Origin: a virus
Lineage: Duplodnaviria; Caudoviricetes
Virus record (IMG/VR): IMGVR_UViG_3300044993_000095
Coordinates: 1-35,727 of that record
Strand: one strand, 5' to 3'
DNA length: 35,727 nt
Part shown: positions 5,991-15,198 of the stretch, in pieces
Numbering within the stretch: the stretch's first letter is position 1
Layout of the letters: every line of letters starts with the position of its first letter
Program-made: the position numbers and the translations under genes
Notes under the pieces: generated by a model
What the model was told of the DNA's origin: nothing
What the model saw: only the letters and a program-made list of their open reading frames with translations
Databases searched by the model: none

Positions 5991-8363
5991 CTGCACTTCG
6001 GGGTCGCAATCCAGGTCGGCGTCAGGGAAGACCTGCGCCGACTTTTTGCTTTGGTGCCTCTGTCCGACTGGCTCGTCGGCGGCACTGATCCGGCTTGGAC
6101 GCCATACGCGGATGGACCGACCGTTCTCCCACTTGACGGTGCTGACGAACCCGGCGCGGCGCAGGATCGAGCGCACGCGGGAAACCGCTCTATCATCCTG
6201 CTTGTCCGTGGTCAGTTCCAAAAGCTGGTTACCGAGCATTTCCTCGGGCCGCACGAATGACCGTTGCATCGCGTAGTTCAGCACGCGTTCGGTCCATGGA
6301 TCGGTGATCCTGGCATCCTCATTGAGAGCGGTGGCAACGTCTTGAGGCACGTCCCAGTGCGGCTCATTGCGCAGCACCCTGGCGACCGCTTCGGCGAAGC
6401 ATTGCTCGCGGTTGGCGCGCATCCAATCGAGATCGATCTTGCCGGTCCGGACGCGCCAGAAGCGGCGCGCGCCGGTATCGGACTTGTTCCAGTCGTCGCG
6501 GTTGGTCGAGCAGGTAAAGACGCACTGACGCGGATAGTCGGCGGGCAGCATGTCGTACGGCGAGCGGAACGTGTCTACGCGGTTGGTGATGACGGCCTTT
6601 ACTTTTTCGACGCTGGCGCGCTCGAAAGACGACATTTCCGACAGTTCGACGAGAATCCGCCCTTGCAGGCACAAGTAGAAGTCTTTGCTGGTGATCGGCT
6701 CGATGGCTTCGGTGTACCAGTCGCCACCGATGATGCGCAGGATGCTGGACTTGCCGTTACCCTCGCCGCCTTCCAGCAGCATGACGTTGTCCATCTGGCA
6801 GCCTGGCTCTAGCACGCGGCGAGCCATGCCGACGAAGAAGCAGCGGCCCACGGCGGCATGGTACTCGTCGTCGTCGGTGCCGAATGCGGCTGGTAGGACC
6901 AGCTTCAGCCGTTCTTTGCCATCCCACTTCAGCGAGTGCAGCCATTCCTGCGCGCAGTTGCGGCGATGCAGGGAGGTGTACGCGCCGATGCCGGCCTTGA
7001 TCGTGTTCGGGCTGATCTTGGTCAGTGCGAGGTTGCGTTGCAGCCAAACGGTAAGTGCTTGCAGGGTGGCGGTATCGATGGGGCGCGCGACGCCGGTCAT
7101 CCAGGTCGTCATCGGGCGCGAGAGGAAGGTATCGAACCAGAACACGCCATCGAAGTATTCGCAGAAGCGATGGACCGTGTCTTCGTTCGCGATCGCGCGA
7201 TTGTTGACGATGAACTCTTGGGGAATGCCGATCTGGTGCCAGCGGCCATCCATGCGATGCGCCAGCAGCCTATCTAGCCGCGGATCGAACGAAGCCGGGG
7301 CATCCTCGTTGTGGACGATACTGAGCGCGTGAGTTGCAGGGTCCGGCGTGATGGGCGGCGACCCGGATGCGAGGTGAGGGGTGCTGCTAGGCGTAGCATC
7401 GGTCGCATGAAGGCCGGACCCTGCGGCCTGAAGTCTAACAGAGGTGATATGCCGTCCGCCATTCCTTTTGATCCACCGGGCGATGGCTTTGGCGTCCATG
7501 CCGGCGGCCACGGCGTCGGCGGCGTCCCATCCCTCTGACTGGCCGGTGGGGTCGATCAGGCGAATGTCGTGGCAGCCGAGTTTGATGAGCTTCTCGGCCA
7601 CCTTGGCCATGGCCGCCCGGCCGGGCTCGTCGTTGTCGGGCCAGAGGTCCACGTTGCGGCCGGCGAGTGGCGACCAGTCCACGGTGTCAACGGCTAACGC
7701 GCCACCGGGCCAGGTCATGACGACGTGCCGGCGCAGGACGGGGCGCAGGGCATCGGCGCATTTCTCGCCCTCCACCAGCATCACCCGGTCATGGGGGCGC
7801 TGTGCGAGTGCGTCGAGGCCGTACAGCGGGCGCGGCTTCGGTGCCGCCTTGGCCTGCCAGCCGGTCGAGGTCCAGCGCCACGGTGAGAACTGCTTCGACC
7901 CGTCCGGTAGATCGTACCGGGCGACGTACATGAGCAGCCCTTCCGCGTCGCGGTAGGCGTGCAGCATGGTGTGCGGGCCGTGCTTGCGGTGCGGTCCTGG
8001 CGGCTCCGCATCTTCGGGCGGGCGCTGTAGCGGTGCGTCGATCACTGTCGGCTTGCGCTTCGGAGACTGGGTAGGCGCATGGTCGTGGCCGTTCAAGGCG
8101 CCGAGCGCGCGGGCCGCCTCTGCCTGCGTCAGGCCGTGGATGGCCGCGTACAGGCTGATGAGGTCGCCGCCTTTTTCGCCGGTGGCGAAGTCCATCCACA
8201 GCCCGCTGTTGAGGTTGATCGACAGCGAGTCGCCCTCGTCGCCGCGCACCGAGCCCACGACATACTCATTTCCCCGACGCCGGCCTGCGGGCAACCACTC
8301 GCGGACGTAGGACTCTGCGGACGCCAGCAACTGCGCCGCCAAACCGCTGAAGTCGATAGCCAC
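5985..8363 (-). CDS. Primase-helicase (Toprim primase + VirE/VapE-like P-loop helicase)
   Basis: Toprim motifs MLVEGEKCAD, WPGG, WPDNDEPG and GWDAAD. Walker A LLEGGEGNGKSS, Walker B-like IVELSEM, then FRSPY and STNRDD...DTGARRFW. Probable GTG start at 8363 with AAGGAG RBS (the track ORF extends to 8435). Confidence 0.88.
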   Translation of the reverse strand: MAIDFSGLAAQLLASAESYVREWLPAGRRRGNEYVVGSVRGDEGDSLSINLNSGLWMDFATGEKGGDLISLYAAIHGLTQAEAARALGALNGHDHAPTQSPKRKPTVIDAPLQRPPEDAEPPGPHRKHGPHTMLHAYRDAEGLLMYVARYDLPDGSKQFSPWRWTSTGWQAKAAPKPRPLYGLDALAQRPHDRVMLVEGEKCADALRPVLRRHVVMTWPGGALAVDTVDWSPLAGRNVDLWPDNDEPGRAAMAKVAEKLIKLGCHDIRLIDPTGQSEGWDAADAVAAGMDAKAIARWIKRNGGRHITSVRLQAAGSGLHATDATPSSTPHLASGSPPITPDPATHALSIVHNEDAPASFDPRLDRLLAHRMDGRWHQIGIPQEFIVNNRAIANEDTVHRFCEYFDGVFWFDTFLSRPMTTWMTGVARPIDTATLQALTVWLQRNLALTKISPNTIKAGIGAYTSLHRRNCAQEWLHSLKWDGKERLKLVLPAAFGTDDDEYHAAVGRCFFVGMARRVLEPGCQMDNVMLLEGGEGNGKSSILRIIGGDWYTEAIEPITSKDFYLCLQGRILVELSEMSSFERASVEKVKAVITNRVDTFRSPYDMLPADYPRQCVFTCSTNRDDWNKSDTGARRFWRVRTGKIDLDWMRANREQCFAEAVARVLRNEPHWDVPQDVATALNEDARITDPWTERVLNYAMQRSFVRPEEMLGNQLLELTTDKQDDRAVSRVRSILRRAGFVSTVKWENGRSIRVWRPSRISAADEPVGQRHQSKKSAQVFPDADLDCDPEVQL

Positions 8364-8365
8364 GG

Positions 8366-8545
8366 TCACTCCTTGATCGACAGCATGAGCAGACGCAGGG
8401 ACGACTTGGGCATCGTGCGGGTGCCGCACCGCCACGCATAGACGGTGGACGGCGACTTGTAGACGATCCTCGCCACGTCGTGCGCGGTGAGTCGCTTCTC
8501 TTGCATGATGCGTTTGAGTTGGTTGCGCCGTGCGGTCGTGGTCAT
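8366..8545 (-). CDS. Cro/XRE-like HTH protein (59 aa, below the ORF-track cutoff)
   Basis: Manual translation: MTTTARRNQLKRIMQEKRLTAHDVARIVYKSPSTVYAWRCGTRTMPKSSLRLLMLSIKE. It fills the gap between the VRR-NUC and primase genes, with an ATGA overlap. Confidence 0.7.
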   Translation of the reverse strand: MTTTARRNQLKRIMQEKRLTAHDVARIVYKSPSTVYAWRCGTRTMPKSSLRLLMLSIKE

Positions 8546-8892
8546 GTCGTCACCTTCAACGCTGCTTTCGCTTCAATGGTCCCATGCACCACGGCGCCGA
8601 TACCGCCCGCATTGCGCACGAGTTGGAGAAACCTGCGTTGCGCGTCGGTGAGCTTGCTGTTGTGATGCGCCTTCACTTCCAGCGCGGTGAACACTGCGAC
8701 ACGCTGGCCGACCATGTCGGGCGTGATGACGATGGACTTGTACCCGATCAGATCGGAACTGCCGATGCACAGACCGAATTGGACGAAGCGGCCTGTGCTG
8801 TCGATCAGCCCGCCGACGTTGTTGCGCCACAGGCGCACGTCGCCGCGCGAGCACTCAAGGCGGATTTTCTGCAGTATCTGCGTTTCTTTCAC
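8542..8892 (-). CDS. VRR-NUC domain nuclease (PD-(D/E)xK, Holliday-junction resolvase-like)
   Basis: E-xx-I..., LWRNNVG, GSSDLIG, ALEVK and LTDAQRRFL...AGG motifs. Confidence 0.85.
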   Translation of the reverse strand: MKETQILQKIRLECSRGDVRLWRNNVGGLIDSTGRFVQFGLCIGSSDLIGYKSIVITPDMVGQRVAVFTALEVKAHHNSKLTDAQRRFLQLVRNAGGIGAVVHGTIEAKAALKVTT

Positions 8893-10298
8893 AGCGATAC
8901 CCCGCGCCCTTTGCGTTTTGCAGCACGAGCCGCGATGACATGCATGGCCCAGCCACGAGGATTCTTGTAGCCCCTCATTTTGCCGAGCTCGGTGAGCGCT
9001 TCGAGGTCCGAGGCTTTGGCTTGCTCGACTTTGCGCGCCCGGACGGCGTGGTCAATCGCTTTGACTTCTTGGAGTTCGCCGTCGACCTTGGCGATTTGGC
9101 GCGATTGGACTGGGTAGACGAAGCCGCACTGGCTGCACTTGGGTCTGCCTGACGGCTCTGCGCCAAAACATTGCGGACAAACTCTAACAAAGACAGATTG
9201 ATGATCCGCAGTTCGTCGAGTGCTTCGCTCGCGGCCTTCCAATGACCACTGACGATCCTCAGTTGGTAAGCCATGTCGGAGAGTATTTCCGGCGTGGTCG
9301 AGGATGACGGCGCGGTCCTTGCCGTCAGCCGGTCTGAGACATCGGCCACACTGTTGCAGCCAGAGGCCGATGCTTGCGGTGGGGCGCAAGCTGATGCCGA
9401 CGTGGATTCCTGGCACGTCGAACCCTTCGCTGATGAGGTCGCAGGAGGTGAGGACTGTGAGTTTGCGTTGTCTGAAGTCATGGATGATGCTCCGCCTGAA
9501 TGACGAGTCCATCCCGCCGTCGATGTGTGCGGCGCTGTAGCCGGCGGCCACGAAATCCCGCGCGACATGCCGCGCGTGTTCCACTGACGCGCAGAAAACG
9601 ACGGCTGGGCGACCAGGCGTAAGCCTCTTGTAGTGGTCCACGGCGTCGCCCGTAATCGAAGGTTTATCCATTGTCGCCGAAACTTCGTCACGCCTGAATT
9701 CACCGGCGCGTAGATGCAGCCCACTAGTGTCCACAGTCGGCGGCGCATAAACCGTGACGGGCGACAGGGCGCCCATTTCAATGAGGTCGGCCACGGTCGG
9801 GCCCTGAACCATGCCTTCGAAAACTTCATTCAGTCCCTCGCCTGATAGCCTGATGGGTGTTGCGGTGACGCCGAGCACGCGCGCTGTGTGCCATTTGCGC
9901 AGTATTTGCCCGATGGTGTTGGATGCGGTTGCATGGTGTGCTTCGTCGATCACGACGAGTTCCGGCGCTGGCATCTTGTCAATGCGGCGCGCCAGTGTCT
10001 GCGTGGAGCAGACTTGCACGGGCGCGCGGCGATCATAGGGATAGCCTGCTGCGACGTAGCTGTGCGGCACGTTCATGGCCGCCAGCGCCGCCGCAATCTG
10101 ATCCACCAGTTCGATGCGGTGTGCCAGGATGGCGACGCGGTTGCCGCGCATCATCGCGCCGTGCGTGATGTACGAGAACATCACGGTCTTGCCCGATCCG
10201 GTCGGCGCGACCAGCAGCACCGAGCGCAGCCTGCAGCGGAAGGCGGCGCGCACGTCTTCGATGGCCTTGTGCTGATAGTCGCGGAGAACAATAGGCAC
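8889..10298 (-). CDS. Superfamily 2 (DEAH-box) DNA helicase with C-terminal zinc finger
   Basis: LRDYQ Q-motif, APTGSGKT, IDEAHH, GVTATP, EGFDVP, QQCGRCLR and CPQC...CSQC. Probable GTG start at 10298 (the track ORF extends to 10475, overlapping the divergent gene). Confidence 0.9.
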   Translation of the reverse strand: MPIVLRDYQHKAIEDVRAAFRCRLRSVLLVAPTGSGKTVMFSYITHGAMMRGNRVAILAHRIELVDQIAAALAAMNVPHSYVAAGYPYDRRAPVQVCSTQTLARRIDKMPAPELVVIDEAHHATASNTIGQILRKWHTARVLGVTATPIRLSGEGLNEVFEGMVQGPTVADLIEMGALSPVTVYAPPTVDTSGLHLRAGEFRRDEVSATMDKPSITGDAVDHYKRLTPGRPAVVFCASVEHARHVARDFVAAGYSAAHIDGGMDSSFRRSIIHDFRQRKLTVLTSCDLISEGFDVPGIHVGISLRPTASIGLWLQQCGRCLRPADGKDRAVILDHAGNTLRHGLPTEDRQWSLEGRERSTRRTADHQSVFVRVCPQCFGAEPSGRPKCSQCGFVYPVQSRQIAKVDGELQEVKAIDHAVRARKVEQAKASDLEALTELGKMRGYKNPRGWAMHVIAARAAKRKGRGVSL

Positions 10299-10302
10299 AG
10301 TG

Positions 10303-10331
10303 TTGACACCCCTTTTTAGACAATGTATGAT
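10303..10331 (+). promoter_or_regulatory. Sigma70-type promoter for the recombination operon
   Basis: TTGACA (10303-10308), a 17-bp spacer and TATGAT (10326-10331), in the short divergent intergenic gap. Confidence 0.75.
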
Positions 10332-10360
10332 ATAGACGTTGCACAAGTCAACCCTGCTAG

Positions 10361-11344
10361 GTGACACAAGTGGAATACCCCAAGACACGCGAGGAATGGC
10401 TCGCGCTGCGGCACAAGCATGTCGGCAGCACGGAAGTCGCTGCACTGTTCGGCCTGTCGCCCTATTCGACCGCATTCGAGTTGGCGGTCGTCAAGAGGCA
10501 GTCGGACCCGGACCCGGAGTTCGAGGGCAACGAGCGCATGCGGTGGGGCATCCGTGTGCAGCATGCCATTGCAAAAGGCATTGCATCGGAGTATGGCGTC
10601 AAGGTGCGCGCGATCAGCGGCTACGCCATTCACAGTTACCAGCACATCCGCGCGGGCGCGTCGTTCGACTACGAGATCATCGGGCTGTCGGATGGCGCGG
10701 GCGTGCCGAAAAACTCGTTGCTGCGGGATATGTACGCCAAGCACGGCGCGGGCATTCTCGAGATCAAGAACGTGGACACGTTCGTCTACCGCAACGACTG
10801 GACGGACGGCGAGCCGCCCGTGCACATCGAGTTGCAGTTGCAGCACCAGCTAGCGTGCATCGGTCGGTTTTGGGGCGCGATTGGCGCGCTGATCGGCGGC
10901 AACGAGTTGCAGGTGTTCGTTCGGGAGCGCGACGACGCCGTGCACAAGGCGATTGTGGCCAAGTGCGAAAAGTTTTGGGCCGACGTCGACAACGGCATCA
11001 TGCCGCCCGTGGACCTGCCGGCAGACGCCGACATCGTCGCCAAGCTGTACCGCTACGCCGAGCCGGGCAAAGTGATGGACGCCACCAGCAACGAAGAGAT
11101 TGCGGAGCTGTGCCGGGGTTACGTCGCTGCGGCAAAGCAAGCGCGCGAGGCCGAAGCGACCAAGGATACGCTCAAGGCCAAGCTGCTGATGCTGATTGGC
11201 GATGCCGAGCGCGTCATCGTCGATGGGTTCAATGTCAGCGCCGGCATGGTCGGTGATACCGAAGTGCCGGCCTACACCCGCAAGGGTTATCGCAACGTCC
11301 GTATCACGGCCAAGAAGCCATCAAAGGAGAAGTCACGTGAGTAA
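10361..11344 (+). CDS. YqaJ-like viral recombinase exonuclease (lambda-exo/RecE partner)
   Basis: EEWLALRHKHVGSTEVAALFGLSPY, GASFD, ILEIKN and QLQHQL motifs; upstream of RecT. Confidence 0.9.
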   Translation: MTQVEYPKTREEWLALRHKHVGSTEVAALFGLSPYSTAFELAVVKRQSDPDPEFEGNERMRWGIRVQHAIAKGIASEYGVKVRAISGYAIHSYQHIRAGASFDYEIIGLSDGAGVPKNSLLRDMYAKHGAGILEIKNVDTFVYRNDWTDGEPPVHIELQLQHQLACIGRFWGAIGALIGGNELQVFVRERDDAVHKAIVAKCEKFWADVDNGIMPPVDLPADADIVAKLYRYAEPGKVMDATSNEEIAELCRGYVAAAKQAREAEATKDTLKAKLLMLIGDAERVIVDGFNVSAGMVGDTEVPAYTRKGYRNVRITAKKPSKEKSRE

Positions 11345-11576
11345 GGTCTACATCGTCAACATGGGTGCCGCGCAGGACGGCAAGCCTGTCGTGTCGGCGC
11401 TGGTGCGTGCCAAGTCCAAGGCTGCGGCGCTCAAGTTCGTGGTCAAGAACTACGCCAAGGTCACCCGCGCGACGGTCGAGCAGGCCGTGGAGCTTACGCG
11501 CGCCGGGGTTGTCATCAACGACGCCGATGCGCCCGACATTACGCCCACCACGACACCGGAGCCTGCCAATGAATGA
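11337..11576 (+). CDS. Hypothetical phage protein (79 aa)
   Basis: GTG at 11337 overlapping the upstream gene end: MSKVYIVNMG...ALVRAKSKAAALKFV. Confidence 0.65.
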   Translation: MSKVYIVNMGAAQDGKPVVSALVRAKSKAAALKFVVKNYAKVTRATVEQAVELTRAGVVINDADAPDITPTTTPEPANE

Positions 11577-12408
11577 GAACGCTATCGCCGTTGTCTGCCG
11601 CGCCATTGCGGACCCTGCCATGCAGGACAAGTTCCGCTCTGTGCTGCCGCCCAACGTGTCATTGGACCGATTCACGCGCGTCACGCTGACCGCCGTGCAG
11701 AACAATCCCGCCCTTCTGGAGTGCGACCGAGCCAGCCTGTACAACGCCTGCGTGACGGCTGCACAGCGCGGATTGCTGCCTGACGGCAAGGAAGGCGCGC
11801 TGGTGTCGTTCAACACCAAGCAGGGCGACCAGTGGGTCAAGAAGGTTCAGTTCATGCCGATGCCCGAGGGCATCATCAAGGAGATGGCGAAGGCCGGCAT
11901 CAAGGCGTATGCCGCCAGCGTGTACGAGCACGACACCATTGAGATTTGGTCGGACGACGACGGGCAGCATGTCATGCACCGGCCCAAGGTGTTCGGTGAT
12001 CGCGGCGAGCGCGTGGGCGCGTATGCCAGTGCCAAGGATGCAGACGGTCGCACGTACGTCGAGGCGATGAACATGGCCGAGCTTGCCCGCGCGGCTGCGG
12101 CGTCTCGCTCCAAGGACAAGGCGGGCAACCCTATCGGCCCGTGGAAGGACTGGCCGGAACGCATGGAGCAGAAGACCGTCCTGCACCGGCTGCGCAAGCG
12201 GGTCGCGATCCTGGGCGATGACGACGTGGTGGAGCGCCTGCGCGAGGACGATGAGGCCGCCTTGCTCGACCATGCGCCGACGCCGGCGGTCGAGGCTGTC
12301 GAGCCGCCGTCTGCGCCCTCGCCCGCCAAGCGCCCCAAGACGCTGCAAGCCATCGTCGAGGCGGAGCCGGAGCCTGCGCCGCCGTACAGCGATGAAGAAG
12401 TGTTCTGA
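11569..12408 (+). CDS. recT: RecT family single-strand annealing protein
   Basis: ATG at 11569. VLPPNVSLDRFTRVTLTAVQNNPALLECDRASL...AAQRGLLPDG...GPWKDWPERMEQKTVLHRL is a typical RecT signature. Confidence 0.9.
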   Translation: MNENAIAVVCRAIADPAMQDKFRSVLPPNVSLDRFTRVTLTAVQNNPALLECDRASLYNACVTAAQRGLLPDGKEGALVSFNTKQGDQWVKKVQFMPMPEGIIKEMAKAGIKAYAASVYEHDTIEIWSDDDGQHVMHRPKVFGDRGERVGAYASAKDADGRTYVEAMNMAELARAAAASRSKDKAGNPIGPWKDWPERMEQKTVLHRLRKRVAILGDDDVVERLREDDEAALLDHAPTPAVEAVEPPSAPSPAKRPKTLQAIVEAEPEPAPPYSDEEVF

Positions 12409-12489
12409 TGGGCGCTACGCCAGCGCTGCGGCCATGAGCGCGGAGGATGCCGAGTACATCCTGCGCTACGTGCTCGCGGAGGGTCAGGT

Positions 12490-12708
12490 ATGAGCAACCC
12501 TAGTGCCTCTTGGGAAGATGTCGCCCGCGTGCAAAAAGACATCATCGAGCGCAAGGACTCCGAGATCGCCGCCCTGCGCGCCCGCGTCGCGGAGCTGAAG
12601 CGCGAGAACACCGACTTGCGATGGCGCATCACTGAATTGGCGCAGACCGCAGAGGACTTGCGCCACGAAGTCGATGAGTGGAAGCGAGCGGCGAAGGGGG
12701 AGAAGTGA
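12490..12708 (+). CDS. Hypothetical coiled-coil protein (72 aa)
   Basis: Heptad-rich EIAALRARVAELKRENTDLRWRITEL segment. Confidence 0.65.
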   Translation: MSNPSASWEDVARVQKDIIERKDSEIAALRARVAELKRENTDLRWRITELAQTAEDLRHEVDEWKRAAKGEK

Positions 12709-13055
12709 GCACTTGGCAATGTCCGGACTGTGGCAGCATCGGCACTCCGTATGTAGCGGAGATTGATGCTTTGCGCGCCCGTGTCGCGGAGTTGGAGGCC
12801 GAGAACGCAAGCCTTCGACAAATCCCGTGCTGGGTCGAGTCAGAGGACGGCAATCCCGGCTGGGGCAAGACGGCGGACGCGGTCGAAATGCTGGGCAAGG
12901 CATACGCGCGGATTGAGAAGCTGGAAGAGCTTCTGAGCAACATCGTGCTGAACGCGATCCTGACCCCTGACCCGTCGATGGGCGGCGCGATGGACGGTTA
13001 CATGGTGCCGATTGACGACATCGAGGACGCGCGCCGTGCGATTACCAGAGTCTGA
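12705..13055 (+). CDS. Hypothetical protein with N-terminal CxxC and coiled coil
   Basis: GTGA overlap at 12705: MSTWQCPDCGSIG...EIDALRARVAELEAEN. Confidence 0.6.
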   Translation: MSTWQCPDCGSIGTPYVAEIDALRARVAELEAENASLRQIPCWVESEDGNPGWGKTADAVEMLGKAYARIEKLEELLSNIVLNAILTPDPSMGGAMDGYMVPIDDIEDARRAITRV

Positions 13056-13056
13056 C

Positions 13057-13272
13057 GTGAAGAACCTCTTATCGCGCCTCCGCAACTGGTGGTGGTGGCT
13101 GTGGACCGGCGATCAGAGCGAGGCCGCCACGCGCCGCAGGATCGAGCACGAGGCCGCTAGGTTCGGCGGGACCGTGACGTGGGACACGCCGGCGGAGCGG
13201 CGCGACAAGGTGATCACGGCGCGCCGAAACCGGACTTCCGCCACTTCGCACTCATTGCTTCATTCTAAATGA
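13057..13272 (+). CDS. Hypothetical protein
   Basis: GTG one base after the upstream stop: MKNLLSRLRNWWWWLWTG... Confidence 0.45.
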   Translation: MKNLLSRLRNWWWWLWTGDQSEAATRRRIEHEAARFGGTVTWDTPAERRDKVITARRNRTSATSHSLLHSK

Positions 13273-13301
13273 AAGCGTGAATTTGCAAAGGAGCAAGACA
13301 C

Positions 13302-13517
13302 ATGAACATCATGAACGCGCCATTGATCAGCGGCCGGGCTTTGGCCATTCACATCGGCGTCGATCCAAAAACATTGGCGACTGCGGCGCAGCGCGCCGGC
13401 ATCGCTCCGATGCGAACCTATTCTGGCCGCATGCGTTTCAGCCCTGCGCAGGCCGAGCAGGTCGTGGCACAGCTGGAGCGCGAGCTGATGCGCAGATCAT
13501 CTCGACCGAAAACCTAA
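13302..13517 (+). CDS. MerR/excisionase-like winged-HTH protein
   Basis: AAGGAG RBS. LISGRALAIHIGVDPKTL...APMRTYSGRMRFS is a MerR-type wHTH pattern. Confidence 0.7.
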   Translation: MNIMNAPLISGRALAIHIGVDPKTLATAAQRAGIAPMRTYSGRMRFSPAQAEQVVAQLERELMRRSSRPKT

Positions 13518-13578
13518 CTTCCGCTTTCTGAAAACCTGGCTTCCGGTTTTTGCGATTTGCCACGTGCAGGATTAGGCC

Positions 13579-13872
13579 ATGGATACATTGAATCGCCAAC
13601 CGCTGCTTGAAAAAACGCCGGCCGCACAGCGCGCCGGGGTTTGCACCCGCACCTTGACCGCTGCCGCCGACCGGGGCGAGTTGCCCGTCATCCGAACCGT
13701 CCGAGGCGCTCGGTTGTTTGAAGCCGACGCCGTAGACCGGTGGGCCGCAACGCGAACACCCGCGGGGAAGGCGGGAGCGCAGGTCAATAGGGCAGCGGCT
13801 TGCCCCCCAACGCAGCGCACGACTCGATCAGAACCCGGTAGCGGGCCAGCGCCGCACTCTGCGCCGCCATGA
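13579..13872 (+). CDS. Excisionase-like (HTH_17-type) DNA-binding protein
   Basis: AAQRAGVCTRTLTAAADRGELPVIRTVRGARLFEADAVDRW. The C-terminal tail overlaps the convergent spanin gene. Confidence 0.6.
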   Translation: MDTLNRQPLLEKTPAAQRAGVCTRTLTAAADRGELPVIRTVRGARLFEADAVDRWAATRTPAGKAGAQVNRAAACPPTQRTTRSEPGSGPAPHSAPP

Positions 13873-14086
13873 CATCCTCCGCCGATGCCCTCGGCGGCAA
13901 CGACAGCAGGATCGGCTGCCGGCACTCGGCGGGCAGCTCGACCCACTTCGGCACCTCGACCACCGCGCCCGGCGCAACGTCAGGGGCCGTTGGCCTGTTC
14001 GAGCAGGCGCTCGATAACGTCGTCAGGCAAAGGATTGCGCAGGCACGCCCACTCAGGCGCGGCCAGTTCTTGGCGTAGCTTTTCAC
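13784..14086 (-). CDS. Putative o-spanin (Rz1-like lipoprotein)
   Basis: Lipobox-like LSSAC after a hydrophobic stretch, Pro-rich mature part, and overlap with the end of the i-spanin gene. Confidence 0.65.
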   Translation of the reverse strand: MKSYAKNWPRLSGRACAILCLTTLSSACSNRPTAPDVAPGAVVEVPKWVELPAECRQPILLSLPPRASAEDVMAAQSAALARYRVLIESCAALGGKPLPY

Positions 14087-14429
14087 GTGTCACCCGTTCC
14101 TCGCCGGCGATGCGCCGGAATCCATCGTTGATCGCCTGCACCACGGCGTCGCGTTCGGCGATCCGCCGCTCGTACGCTTCCCGTTCCTTGTCACGGGCGC
14201 GCTGGGCGACCTCTGCCGCCGCCCGCGCCACCTCGCCCCGGTATCGCTCTAGGTCCGCGAGGGCCGCCGCCGTGCGGCCCTCGGCACGTGCCACAGAGGC
14301 CCCGTAGAAGGCTTTGGAGACGCCCCAGCCCACCCCCGCTCCGACCACAAGCCCCACGACCGCCACGACCGCGACAGGGCCGGGGAAGTTGGCGAGGAAC
14401 GTCCTCGCGACCGCCAGTGCGCCGATCAT
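13980..14429 (-). CDS. Putative i-spanin (Rz-like)
   Basis: N-terminal TM helix (VAVVAVVGLVVGAGVGWG), coiled-coil and C-terminal WAC...LP. Last genes of the lysis cassette. Confidence 0.7.
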   Translation of the reverse strand: MIGALAVARTFLANFPGPVAVVAVVGLVVGAGVGWGVSKAFYGASVARAEGRTAAALADLERYRGEVARAAAEVAQRARDKEREAYERRIAERDAVVQAINDGFRRIAGEERVTREKLRQELAAPEWACLRNPLPDDVIERLLEQANGP

Positions 14430-14731
14430 CGCACCCCCGACTTGCCGGTCAGGTTCGGCAACTTGGCGGCCAGCGACGAGGCCATGTACCCGGCGGCCAG
14501 GGCCCCCAGCGGCGGCTCAACCCCCACGTACGGGCCCAACTGTGGCAGCACCAGATAGCTCGCCAGCGCCGCCACCGCCGCCATCGACCATCCGGGCGGG
14601 TCCAGCTTGATGTACGCCCAAAAGCCGTCATGCGCCGTTGTGCGCCAGTGCTCGCCCCAGCGCGACAGGAAATGCAGCAGCAGTCCCGCGAAGATCAGCA
14701 GGCCGGAAAACGGGTCATGGTCGAACGTCAT
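14426..14731 (-). CDS. Putative holin / small multi-TM protein
   Basis: 101 aa with about three hydrophobic segments and a basic C-terminus, located in the lysis cassette. Confidence 0.55.
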   Translation of the reverse strand: MTFDHDPFSGLLIFAGLLLHFLSRWGEHWRTTAHDGFWAYIKLDPPGWSMAAVAALASYLVLPQLGPYVGVEPPLGALAAGYMASSLAAKLPNLTGKSGVR

Positions 14732-15198
14732 GGCAGTACCCCCGGTGTCGGAGTGATGGCGGTCTCGACGGAGCGTAGCGCGGCAATCAGGTCAGTGCAC
14801 AGCGCCGGGTCGATGCCCGCCGTCGGTGATAGGGTAATCTCGCCGCCCGCGCCGATGGAGTCGGACAGCGAGTTGTGCAGCGCACGAAGGGCGGCGATGA
14901 CGCCGGTGTAGGCGGACAGCAGCGCAGACGCTTCCACTGAAAGGTCGAACGTTGGCATGCCCGACACCAGCCGCCCGTACTGCTGCAGCCCCTGAGTGTC
15001 CCTTAGCTGGTTCAAGGTCTGGCGGTACCCACGGAACGCTTGCACGCTGTTGCGCAACGCTCCCATCGTCAACGTGCCCGCCTCGGCGCTGGCGATCAGC
15101 CCGGACGCCGTACGTCGGGCGGCGAATGCGTCGTTGCAAATGCGGCTCCACGCCGCGCCTGCCGATCCCTCGGTGATGGTGTTTGCTGGCCATGTCAT
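14728..15198 (-). CDS. Hypothetical protein (156 aa)
   Basis: ATGA-coupled ORF between the endolysin candidate and the holin candidate. Confidence 0.65.
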   Translation of the reverse strand: MTWPANTITEGSAGAAWSRICNDAFAARRTASGLIASAEAGTLTMGALRNSVQAFRGYRQTLNQLRDTQGLQQYGRLVSGMPTFDLSVEASALLSAYTGVIAALRALHNSLSDSIGAGGEITLSPTAGIDPALCTDLIAALRSVETAITPTPGVLP

